A program made the translations under genes and the position numbers. A stretch of 63,004 nt of DNA, filler included, from Planctomycetota bacterium (GTDB taxonomy: Bacteria; Planctomycetota; Planctomycetia; JALXBF01), in NCBI GenBank assembly GCA_026991575.1. It is 2 parts of 2 records of this genome, joined end to end, with 100 filler letters (N's around TTAATTAATTAA, not from the genome) between each part and the next. Parts side by side here need not be neighbours in the genome. Positions count along the whole stretch, not along the records: positions 31,641 to 63,004 come from JALXBF010000002.1; 1 more part is not named here. One strand, 5' to 3'. This document shows, piece by piece, positions 31,779 to 39,826 of this stretch. Each line of letters starts with the position of its first letter. Position 1 is the first letter of the stretch. The notes beneath the pieces were generated by a model. The model was not told where the DNA came from. It searched no databases and saw only the letters and a list, made by a program, of their open reading frames with translations.

Positions 31779-32411
31779 CTGCTCGGAGGGGTCTGGCTCT
31801 GGAGAGGACGCATCAGCGTCCGTCGATGTGTCTGGTGGTCCGAATGCTTGCCAGATCAGGTCGTCGTCCTGAGCTTCGCCCGCGTCAGCGGGCGGCGGAG
31901 CCGTCTGCGCCTCCGGCGCAGCCGGAGAAATAACCGTTAGGTTATTTCTCTTTTCTTCTTCTCTTCTCTCTTCTATTGTCCCGGATTTGTCCCACTTCTT
32001 GTCCCGGTTTTGTCCCGCCGACGTCCCGGACGTGTCCCGCGTCTGTCCCGACTTTGTCCCAGCTTTTGTCCCGATTTTGTCCCGCTGTTTCCGCTTCCGA
32101 TCGCGCTCTTTCTTGGTGTCAGATATGTACTTACGGAAGTTGGGTACCGCGAAGTGGTCTTCTCCCTCTTGGATCAGCCAACCAACATCCAGCGCAGCGA
32201 GCAGTGCCCGTTTTGGAATGCATATGGCACTCGCCAACTGGTCCAGCACCAGTCCGCGACTAACTCCGTCAGTTGTGTGCGCATCGAACCAAATCCAAAG
32301 CTTGACCATACACCCGAGTGCCCACTCCTTCGACTTCCGACACTGTGTAGCAATCCGCACAATCTCCGGCTTGTTTGGGGTCACGTGGTCCACCTTGATC
32401 CAGTCACCCAT
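31653..32411 (-). CDS. Phage replication initiator, N-terminal part (continues at 62878-62594; about 347 aa joined)
   Basis: MGDWIKV N-terminus, ERDRKRKQR, internal iterons and EERREEEKR, typical of phage replisome organisers; GGAGG RBS. Confidence 0.8.
31925..32084. repeat. Putative replication origin: 11-bp hairpin, pyrimidine tract and ten GTCCC iterons
   Basis: GAGAAATAACC-GTTA-GGTTATTTCTC; GTCCC at 31978, 31989, 32001, 32012, 32023, 32034, 32045, 32056, 32068, 32079. Confidence 0.75.
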
Positions 32412-32453
32412 CTGACTGCCCTCCGTTTGTGAGCTAGGTTCTGATAGGGGGAC

Positions 32454-32482
32454 TTGGCATTTCTTTTCCGGGTAGCTACCAT
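32454..32482 (+). promoter_or_regulatory. Possible sigma70 promoter for integrase
   Basis: TTGGCA-N17-TACCAT. Confidence 0.45.
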
Positions 32483-32603
32483 GAGTTCGAAGTCACGAGA
32501 GAGCGGACTCGGTGGGCCGGGTGATCGCGGCACCCGGCGCCGGGTCCATGGCGGGCGTCACTCCGCCCGAGGCCAGCCCAAAGGCAGGCGGAGGAGCACG
32601 CGC

Positions 32604-33536
32604 ATGGGCCGCAACCGAGTCCGCAACACTCACCGTCAGCCTCCTTGTTCCGAACGCCCCTGGACCGTCCGAGAGGTGGTCCAGGCGTACCTGATCAACC
32701 GCGCCCGCGACGTCGAACGCGGGCTTCTCGCGCCACGCACCCTACGCGACTACCGCTGGGTGCTCGAGCACTTCTGCGACGCGTTTGGCTCTTGGCACAT
32801 CGACGCACTCAAGCCAGCACACGTCGTGCAATGGATCGACTCCCACGCCGGGTGGAAGAGCAATGCCCGCGTCGGGGGCGTTATCCGGGCCGTTAAGGCC
32901 TGCTTCAGCTGGTGGTCTAGGCTCTACGGAGAGCCACATCCCCTTTCCGGACTTCGTGCCCCGACGGCAGATCCTCGGAGACCTCTCCGTCCAGACGAGT
33001 TCGACGCGATCATGGACGTGTGCCGGTGTCCCTACACCAAGGGGGCTCTGCTGTTTATGTGGCTCACAGGGTGCCGACCGAAAGAACTCTGCGACATGCG
33101 TCGGTCGGACCTCGACGAGGTTGGTGGCGTCTATCTCGTCTGCCTCAGACAGCACAAGACGCGGCGACGAACCAAGAAGCTCAGAGTGATCGTCCTTGGT
33201 CAGAAGACCAAGGCCGTCGTTGACCGAGTGCTGGCTCTCGAGCCAAGAGCTCGTACCCACATCTTCTGTGGCCCTTCTGGTCGCCCGTGGAAGCGGGACA
33301 ACCTCAGTCGGAGGTTCGCACACCTCCGTCTTCTGGCAGGTGTTCCCCCAGACGTGACCCTGTACAGCATCCGACACGCTGCCGCGCTGCGTGCCTATAG
33401 GGCCGGGGTAGACGGGCAGGCCCTTGCCGACTACCTCGGAACCTCGCCACTGGTTCTGGACCGGTACTACCTGTCCCAGTCCCGTGAGATCATCATCCGC
33501 CTTGCCGCAGTGGCGGAGGTTCTGGAAGCCGACTAG
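32604..33536 (+). CDS. int: Tyrosine integrase
   Basis: TGCRPKE (Arg), HKT (Lys), YSIRH, LG and YY; SAM-like N-terminal region; GGAGGAG RBS before ATG 32604. Confidence 0.92.
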   Translation: MGRNRVRNTHRQPPCSERPWTVREVVQAYLINRARDVERGLLAPRTLRDYRWVLEHFCDAFGSWHIDALKPAHVVQWIDSHAGWKSNARVGGVIRAVKACFSWWSRLYGEPHPLSGLRAPTADPRRPLRPDEFDAIMDVCRCPYTKGALLFMWLTGCRPKELCDMRRSDLDEVGGVYLVCLRQHKTRRRTKKLRVIVLGQKTKAVVDRVLALEPRARTHIFCGPSGRPWKRDNLSRRFAHLRLLAGVPPDVTLYSIRHAAALRAYRAGVDGQALADYLGTSPLVLDRYYLSQSREIIIRLAAVAEVLEAD

Positions 33537-33570
33537 GCCGCGTCCGTCGCACTCCGAGTTCTCCGCATTC

Positions 33571-33630
33571 GCCGGATTCAAAATCCGGTGGGGTTCACCC
33601 CCCGTGCGGGTTCGACTCCCGCCTTCGGCA
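33571..33630 (+). other. 3' part of tRNA-Leu(CAA); putative attP core
   Basis: Anticodon arm CCGGA-TTCAAAA-TCCGG, long variable arm, T arm GCGGG-TTCGACT-CCCGC, 3' acceptor strand CTTCGGC-A; no 5' GCCGAAG or D arm; 34 nt after int stop. Confidence 0.85.
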
Positions 33631-33692
33631 TTGGAAAAAGGGGCGGCGCCGGAGCGGACCCGGCGCCGCAAGGAAGAAGGAGGGCAAAGCTG

Positions 33693-34130
33693 ATGGCGAC
33701 ATTGGTTCTTCCAGACATGCGCTGTGACGAGGCTGGGTTCTACCACTGCGGAGGCTGGCACGAGGGACGGCATAACATCCGGTTCTTCGTGCCTGGACAA
33801 CTTATTCCGCAGTGTCCGGATTGCCAGAAGACGCGGTCCAGGTTCAGGACGTGGCGGAACGTCTGGTACCTGATGCGCCCGCTCAACTGGCTCCAAGCGA
33901 TCGTAGACGCGCGGCCCTGGCTCGATCCAGCCATCCGTTGGCCGCACGCCAGACGCGTCGCTGCAGGGCATGCTGCCGGCGAAGCTGGCGTGCTGATCTG
34001 CCCGGGCTGTCGGCAGTTGCACGGGACGGAAGGGTCGCAGCCTCTGTACCAGTGCGGCTGCGGCGGAACCGTGTGGTTGTTCATCTGGCCGGAGTCCCAG
34101 TTCGACCCGGCCATGAACCTGCTGGTGTAG
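33693..34130 (+). CDS. Hypothetical Cys-rich (zinc-ribbon) protein
   Basis: CPDC, CPGC and CGCG; AGGAGG RBS. Confidence 0.7.
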   Translation: MATLVLPDMRCDEAGFYHCGGWHEGRHNIRFFVPGQLIPQCPDCQKTRSRFRTWRNVWYLMRPLNWLQAIVDARPWLDPAIRWPHARRVAAGHAAGEAGVLICPGCRQLHGTEGSQPLYQCGCGGTVWLFIWPESQFDPAMNLLV

Positions 34131-34206
34131 CCGACTCGGTACAGGCTGAGTCAGGGTCATAGCTCGGCTCTCGCATTGGTGGCTCGCGAGCCATTTTAGC
34201 AGAAGC

Positions 34207-34237
34207 CCTTGACTGTGTCAAGGACAGGTGCTACAAT
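34207..34237 (+). promoter_or_regulatory. Sigma70 promoter with palindromic operator over the -35
   Basis: TTGACT-N17-TACAAT with extended -10 TG; CCTTGAC-TGT-GTCAAGG palindrome at 34207-34223. Confidence 0.75.
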
Positions 34238-34277
34238 GCCACGACGTAAGAACGCGGCGACTGATGGGCTAATACCC

Positions 34278-34505
34278 ATGGAGACAGGGCAGGACATCAA
34301 GCAGCTGCTCGATGACATCGGGTGGGACGCGGTCCGGCTCGCGTACGAACTGCGTGTGAGCTACCACACAGTTCAGGGCTGGATCAGCGGAAGACGGCGC
34401 ATCCCAGAACCGATGAAGATCCTGCTGCGCGCGATACGGTGGAACTGGGATCATCTGGGCGTCAAGGGCCTCAATCTCCCCAAAGAGGTGGTTGGCTCAA
34501 AGTAG
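34278..34505 (+). CDS. XRE/Cro-like helix-turn-helix regulator
   Basis: LAYELRVSYHTVQGWISGRRRIP; start uncertain because ATG 34236 overlaps the -10 box. Confidence 0.8.
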   Translation: METGQDIKQLLDDIGWDAVRLAYELRVSYHTVQGWISGRRRIPEPMKILLRAIRWNWDHLGVKGLNLPKEVVGSK

Positions 34506-34514
34506 GTCAGCCGA

Positions 34515-34541
34515 GCCCCGATTGGATCGGGGGTTTTTTTT
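34515..34541 (+). terminator. Rho-independent terminator
   Basis: CCCCGAT-TGG-ATCGGGG followed by T8. Confidence 0.85.
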
Positions 34542-34563
34542 GCCCCGGGATTTGACGTAGTAC

Positions 34564-34592
34564 TTGACATAGCAAATTACAACTGCTAGAAT
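34564..34592 (+). promoter_or_regulatory. Strong sigma70 promoter for early genes
   Basis: TTGACA-N17-TAGAAT with extended -10 TG; TAGCA-N9-TGCTA inverted repeat across the spacer. Confidence 0.8.
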
Positions 34593-34679
34593 CGGACACA
34601 GACGAAGCGTGGGCCCCGGCTTGGTGCTGCCGGGCGGTCCGGCGGGGCCGGGGCCAACCGATCAAAGGGAGGCTCAGCG

Positions 34680-34934
34680 ATGCGGAAGCGAGGCAGGCCA
34701 TACCTGGTCAGTGCCAGCGGCGTCCGGCCGCGGCGGTTTCGCGACATCGGGGCCGCGACCCGCTACGCCAAGGAGCTGGCCACAGAACGCGGCGAGAGCT
34801 CGATCGCATTCGTGGCCTACATCGGCGGGTGGCCCAGAGAGTGGACCATGTACACGTTCCGCCGCGATGACGACGGCACGATCCACGTGGCGGCGAGTGC
34901 GGTGCGCAACCAAACGGTGGAGGAAGGCCGATGA
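34680..34934 (+). CDS. Hypothetical phage early protein
   Basis: GGAGG RBS; ATGA overlap with next gene. Confidence 0.7.
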   Translation: MRKRGRPYLVSASGVRPRRFRDIGAATRYAKELATERGESSIAFVAYIGGWPREWTMYTFRRDDDGTIHVAASAVRNQTVEEGR

Positions 34935-35140
34935 GCGCCGAGATCGAAGCTAAGCAGATCGCCAAGTGGAAGAAGGCAATCGCGGCGCACGTCGACGAGA
35001 AGGCGCTGCGAGCGTGGTTCCAGCGCATCCGCACGGCCAAGACCGAACGCGAAGCGTTCTGCGCCTTCGTGCATGGCATGGTCTACCTGACCTACCCGGC
35101 CTACTGGGAGATGGCCGTCAAGCCCACGATGCAGAACTAG
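34931..35140 (+). CDS. Hypothetical phage protein
   Basis: Translationally coupled; GGAGG RBS. Confidence 0.7.
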   Translation: MSAEIEAKQIAKWKKAIAAHVDEKALRAWFQRIRTAKTEREAFCAFVHGMVYLTYPAYWEMAVKPTMQN

Positions 35141-35150
35141 GAGACGCCCC

Positions 35151-35399
35151 ATGCGAGTGACCAACCGCAACTGGCTCCGCTGGAGCTTCGAGCTACGCAT
35201 CCCGGCCGACGAGCTGGTCCGGCTGTGGATGCTGTACCGCGAGTACCACGACCGCCCGGTTCGGGTAGCGGATTTCCTCGCTGACCAGCGGCGTACTGTC
35301 CGCATCATGCAGGCAATCACCGGAGCAGCCAACCGGCTGCGGGAGGTGGAACATGTCGAACTCCAACACGCTATCCAACACGCTGCCAGCACCGCCTGA
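35151..35399 (+). CDS. Hypothetical phage protein
   Basis: AGGAG RBS; operon spacing. Confidence 0.65.
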   Translation: MRVTNRNWLRWSFELRIPADELVRLWMLYREYHDRPVRVADFLADQRRTVRIMQAITGAANRLREVEHVELQHAIQHAASTA

Positions 35400-36288
35400 A
35401 CGCCAAGAAGCTCTGCCGAATCGCATCCCCAGCGCGCCGGCACAGGACGCCGCAGTGGTGCAGGCCGACGTGTACGGCACGCTCCCAGCCAAGGCCAAGA
35501 AGCAGGCCGCGCTGGAGATCGCCTCAGAGCTCCGAGACATCGTCGAACGCTGCGACCTGGCTGTGGACATCCAGGGCCGGAAGTACGTCCGGTGCGAAGG
35601 GTGGCAAACCCTGGGTGCGTTCTTTGGTCTGGTCGCAAGGGAGACGGAGCATAAGCCCATCCAGGTGCGAGACACCACGGGCTGGGAAGTTCGGGTCGAC
35701 GTGTACCGGTGGAGTGATGGGGCCTGGGTGACCGGCGCTTGGGGACTATGCACCCGCGACGAAGTGGTGCGCAAGCGGGACGGCACGATCGTGCGGCCAT
35801 GGGAAAACGCGCCGGAGTACGCCGTGCGAAGCATGGCCAGCACACGCGCTGCGGCGAAGGCGTTCCGGACCGCACTGGCCTGGGTGATGACCTTGGCAAA
35901 GTTCGCGCCTACCCCAGCCGAGGAGATGGACGGTGTGGTCGACGTGGCGGCAACCGCCACTCCAAGACGCCCTAGCCAGCCCGTACAGAAGCAGAACGCC
36001 CAGCAGCGTCGGCGTCCAACTGCGCAGAAGCCGCAGCCACAGCAAGAGCAGAAGCTGACGCCGGACCAGCGAAAGCTGGCCGACATGATCGTGCAGAAGA
36101 TCCGGGCCGCGTACCCGGAGATCAAGAGCAGCGAAGAGTTCCGCGAGAAGTGCCGGTTGCTGCTGCACGCACTCACCGAGATCGACCGTCCCGAAAACGT
36201 CCCGGACGACCTGGCCCGCGAGACCGAACAGAAGATCCGCGACTGGGCTCCGGACATCGTGCGAATGACCGTGGACGTGCCGTTCTAG
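35353..36288 (+). CDS. Putative ssDNA-annealing/recombination protein
   Basis: IQGRKYVRCEGW...SMASTRAAAKA...TPAEEM core, low-complexity linker, DVPF C-terminus; early-region position. Confidence 0.55.
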   Translation: MSNSNTLSNTLPAPPERQEALPNRIPSAPAQDAAVVQADVYGTLPAKAKKQAALEIASELRDIVERCDLAVDIQGRKYVRCEGWQTLGAFFGLVARETEHKPIQVRDTTGWEVRVDVYRWSDGAWVTGAWGLCTRDEVVRKRDGTIVRPWENAPEYAVRSMASTRAAAKAFRTALAWVMTLAKFAPTPAEEMDGVVDVAATATPRRPSQPVQKQNAQQRRRPTAQKPQPQQEQKLTPDQRKLADMIVQKIRAAYPEIKSSEEFREKCRLLLHALTEIDRPENVPDDLARETEQKIRDWAPDIVRMTVDVPF

Positions 36289-36300
36289 CGGAGGTGTGCC

Positions 36301-36831
36301 ATGACTGAAGCACTGCGTGAACTAACCGACCCGATCACCGGTGAAATCGTCGATCCGTCTGACGTCGACCAGCTGGCCGAGGCCATTCAGCGGTGCTCAG
36401 CCGAACTCGATCGCCTGCACAAGTGGCACTGGCTGCTGCGGCAGAAGATCGCCGAGCACGCTCCGGACAGCGACACCAAGACCCGACGCGTCCGTGGTCG
36501 CCGGTACAGGCTGGTGCTGACCTTCCCGGATCCTTCGTGGGACCAGTCCGTGTTGAAGGAAGCCTGGAACGCCTACCCGAAGTACCGCGATCAGTTGCTG
36601 GCGATCGATCGGCTACGCGTGAAGAAGCGGGAACTCCGCAAGGTCCGCAATGAGTCCGGGCCGCCGGACTGGACGATGTTCCGAGACATGGTGCTCAAGG
36701 CTGAGCGGCCAGCGACCAGTCCCCCGAGTGTGAAGATCGAGCAGGAGCTGGAGGAGCCAACGAACCGGCCCGAGGAGCCAGGACACGCTGCAACCGAAGT
36801 CACCGTCAAGGACGTCTGGGGCGTCGAGTAG
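36301..36831 (+). CDS. Hypothetical phage protein (coiled-coil)
   Basis: GGAGGT RBS; DPITGEIV motif. Confidence 0.7.
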   Translation: MTEALRELTDPITGEIVDPSDVDQLAEAIQRCSAELDRLHKWHWLLRQKIAEHAPDSDTKTRRVRGRRYRLVLTFPDPSWDQSVLKEAWNAYPKYRDQLLAIDRLRVKKRELRKVRNESGPPDWTMFRDMVLKAERPATSPPSVKIEQELEEPTNRPEEPGHAATEVTVKDVWGVE

Positions 36832-36855
36832 GCCTGCAGGACGTACGCGCTGGGG

Positions 36856-36889
36856 ACCCGCCGTCTCCACACGGGGCGGCGGGTTTTTT
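36856..36889 (+). terminator. Rho-independent terminator
   Basis: ACCCGCCGTCTC-N5-GGGGCGGCGGGT followed by T tract. Confidence 0.8.
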
Positions 36890-36948
36890 CGAAGCATTCC
36901 GAGATGAGAGTACACTGGAGGCAGGAAGCAAATAGGAGGTCACGCACC

Positions 36949-37482
36949 ATGAACGGATCACTCCAAACCAGCAACTGGCTGTTCCCAGAACCACTCCAGC
37001 TGACTGCCGACAACGGGACGAAGATCGTCGTCCAACCCTGGGCAGAACGGCCCCAGGCTACGCAGCAAGGAGTGTCGGAACGTCAGAAGCAGTTCTTCCG
37101 TCTATACAAAACCTCCGAGGGCGAGCTGTCCGAACACGAACTGCTCCTGCGGCTGGCCGGTGGGCATGACCGCATCCGCCGTGTCATCGACGATCTGATG
37201 GCGATGATCGACCAGTCCGACCGTGGCATGGTCGACTACGCCCACAGCCACGAAGCTCTCCGCGGGCTGGGCCACGGTGAGTGGGCTATCTTCGTGGCGA
37301 GACTCTGGATGCAGCAGATGCGTGGTCTGGAGCTGACCTGGAACTACGCCACGCGACGGTGGTGCCTGAGACGCGGGCCTACGTACGAACATTTCCGGCC
37401 CAAGAGGATCGTCGTGCCGCTTGACCCGGAACGGTGGAACAGCCTCGCAGAAGTGGTAGCCTTGTCGCTAATCCTAGCATAG
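36949..37482 (+). CDS. Hypothetical protein
   Basis: AGGAGGT RBS before ATG 36949. Confidence 0.7.
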   Translation: MNGSLQTSNWLFPEPLQLTADNGTKIVVQPWAERPQATQQGVSERQKQFFRLYKTSEGELSEHELLLRLAGGHDRIRRVIDDLMAMIDQSDRGMVDYAHSHEALRGLGHGEWAIFVARLWMQQMRGLELTWNYATRRWCLRRGPTYEHFRPKRIVVPLDPERWNSLAEVVALSLILA

Positions 37483-37493
37483 GAGGACCGCAT

Positions 37494-37787
37494 ATGGCCA
37501 GCGATTCTATTAGTCAGCCGTGGCCAGAGAACACTCCCGTCACACGGGAAGCATTCGTCGACACCGTTGAGAACTTGAAAGCACGGTTTCAACAGACGTA
37601 CGGAAGGAAACCGCAGAGCCTCGATCTGCCGCGACATATAGCCGACGCCATGCTCGGGTGGGACCGGAACGAATGGGGTGGTGACGTAGCAGGCGACCTA
37701 TTCTACCACGGGCTGAGCAAGTTTCCTGAGAAACTGCTGGAGCTCAACGTTAACGTAGTGGACGGCAACGAGCTCCGTGTCTACTGA
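37494..37787 (+). CDS. Hypothetical protein
   Basis: AGGAGG RBS before ATG 37494. Confidence 0.7.
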   Translation: MASDSISQPWPENTPVTREAFVDTVENLKARFQQTYGRKPQSLDLPRHIADAMLGWDRNEWGGDVAGDLFYHGLSKFPEKLLELNVNVVDGNELRVY

Positions 37788-38353
37788 CACGGACTCATAC
37801 AGGCGCACCTGCAACCCGGCGTCCAAACGAACCAGCGGCATAGCGACGGGCACCAGAAGTACCAGCGGCCGCAGTTCTTCACCCAGCAGTGACCGAGGTG
37901 CCAGGCGAACGGTCCTGCACAGTACTCCCGATATGACACCGTTTCCCTTGTAGTCTTGGCTGCGACGGGTGCTGGGATAGACGGCGCGTTCCGCGCAGTC
38001 CCCGGCGGTCCCACTTCATACACCGGGATCGCTTTGACAGCGTGGTCGAGTGTTATGCTGCAGACCTTCGCCTGTATGGACGCGTCCCGTGATCGCACGA
38101 GAAAGTCAATGCGTTTCGTGTTCGATGGTACCCGAAGCACGAACAGCCCGTGTCGGTCCGTCTCCGTGGCATAGAGCACCCGCATGAAATCGCGCGATCG
38201 AATCTCCACGATGATTCCAGAAAGCGGTTGCTTGGATCTGACGTCGACGATCTTGCCGATCACGTACCTGTGTGCCGAACCACCGTCGCTACTCCCCTCC
38301 AGTGCCGTGGCGATCGTAAGTAGAGCACACGCGGCAATGAGGGTTGACCTCAT
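37781..38353 (-). CDS. Secreted protein with carboxypeptidase-regulatory-like beta sandwich and Cys/Trp-rich tail
   Basis: Signal peptide; IGKIVD...PLSG...TDRHGLF pattern; CWVKNCGRWYFWCPSLCRW. Confidence 0.6.
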   Translation of the reverse strand: MRSTLIAACALLTIATALEGSSDGGSAHRYVIGKIVDVRSKQPLSGIIVEIRSRDFMRVLYATETDRHGLFVLRVPSNTKRIDFLVRSRDASIQAKVCSITLDHAVKAIPVYEVGPPGTARNAPSIPAPVAAKTTRETVSYREYCAGPFAWHLGHCWVKNCGRWYFWCPSLCRWFVWTPGCRCACMSPCQ

Positions 38354-39156
38354 AGCCCCCTCACCCCTATCAGCGTAAAACGCTTTGGGTCTGCCATGAG
38401 CGCGTGGTACATAGCTTCGTCCGATGTGTCTTTCGGACGGACCCTGACGATGAAGGTGAGCCTACCCGTTTGGGCCTCCTTGGACAGTATCACTGCGGTC
38501 TCTGTTGCTCCGGAGATCTCCCCACTGGAGAACACGCCCTTGGTGATGTACTCGCCACGGTGCTTGACGTAGATCAGACCGAATAGGAGTTCGTCAGCAT
38601 AGCCAGGGTGGGCCTTGGCGAACACTATCAGCGGAGGACGGTACGGCTTCTCTCCAATGTCCAGGGAGAACGCAAACTCGACCCACGGAAGGCCAGTCGC
38701 GTTTCCTCGTATCCTTTTCGCGTACTCTACTTCGACATCGATCAGACGCCCCTCCAAGTGAGGCATTCGGAACAGGTCCTGTGCCGGGGTCGATCCTAAG
38801 CGCCAGACGTACGCGACACCGCCGATCGACAGAAGGAGCCCTACGAACACCAGCACGCGCTGGAACCCACTGAAATGCCACTTGGTGGTCTGCCCGCCGC
38901 CAGAGAATCGCGGCACCAGCAGTGCAAACCCGAACCAGACAGCGTACATCAGATACAGTCCCAGGCCAAGCCACGAAGACAAGTCAGGGGCGCCTACGCC
39001 ATACGCAATCCGCTGCACCGCGGTGTCAGTAGCGAGCATGAATCCTCCAACGGTCGACAGCTCGAGCACGTAGTAGCTAACCCTGGGCTGGCCGTCGTGG
39101 ATGGCATACGCTCGGTGCAGCCACTCTGCTACTTTCTGCCGACACTCGCACGACAT
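38350..39156 (-). CDS. Membrane protein (about 3 TM helices plus soluble beta domain), accessory gene
   Basis: Hydrophobic helices; ATGA overlap with downstream gene. Confidence 0.65.
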   Translation of the reverse strand: MSCECRQKVAEWLHRAYAIHDGQPRVSYYVLELSTVGGFMLATDTAVQRIAYGVGAPDLSSWLGLGLYLMYAVWFGFALLVPRFSGGGQTTKWHFSGFQRVLVFVGLLLSIGGVAYVWRLGSTPAQDLFRMPHLEGRLIDVEVEYAKRIRGNATGLPWVEFAFSLDIGEKPYRPPLIVFAKAHPGYADELLFGLIYVKHRGEYITKGVFSSGEISGATETAVILSKEAQTGRLTFIVRVRPKDTSDEAMYHALMADPKRFTLIGVRGL

Positions 39157-39373
39157 CGCTCCACCTCGGAGGCTGGCCCGCGCGGTCGGCAAACCGCATC
39201 TAGCCTACCACACATCGCGTTGCGGCGTGCCGGGCGGCGGTCCACCATGTGCGGACTGTAGCGGATGTGCCGATCGTGTCAAGTCCGGGAGGATTCGGGA
39301 TTCGTTGGGCCTGACCGCAGCCCACCGTGCGCGGAGCGACGTGCTACGATATCGGTCAGTCCGGAGGGTGGCC

Positions 39374-39826
39374 ATGGTTCGAGTCACGGTGAAGTGTCCG
39401 TCGTGCGGCGCGCAGCTGTCCGTGCCAGACCGCGCTACGCGGTTCCTGTGCCCATCCTGCCGGGGCGGAGTCAGGATAGACCAAGACGGAACGGCGCATC
39501 CTGTACCTGTAGGGGAAGTCAAGAACGCCCGAAAAAACACCGTAGTCAACGTCTACAAAGATGACAGTCAGATGGCGGCGTGGGAGGTACTGCTCATCAC
39601 CGGATGGTTCATTGCCATCGTTGGGTCGTTTATGTCCGTCGTCCTGGGGCTCGCGGCCGTGGATGCGGACGCCAAGGAGACGCAGTCCACAGATCACGTT
39701 ATGTACTTCGGGTATGCTCTGGCATTCCCGCTCGCTGGCCTGGTCAACCACGTGTTTTGCCGTCTCTGCCAGCACGTCCAGGAGATCCGCGACGAGATCA
39801 AGAAGATCTCCATGAGGGATAGGTAG
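39374..39826 (+). CDS. Zinc-ribbon membrane protein
   Basis: CPSC...CPSC followed by two TM helices; GGAGG RBS. Confidence 0.75.
   Translation: MVRVTVKCPSCGAQLSVPDRATRFLCPSCRGGVRIDQDGTAHPVPVGEVKNARKNTVVNVYKDDSQMAAWEVLLITGWFIAIVGSFMSVVLGLAAVDADAKETQSTDHVMYFGYALAFPLAGLVNHVFCRLCQHVQEIRDEIKKISMRDR

Noticed and set aside
33540..33630. Intact tRNA-Leu gene
   Set aside because: The 5' acceptor strand and D arm are missing, so it is treated as the attP core.
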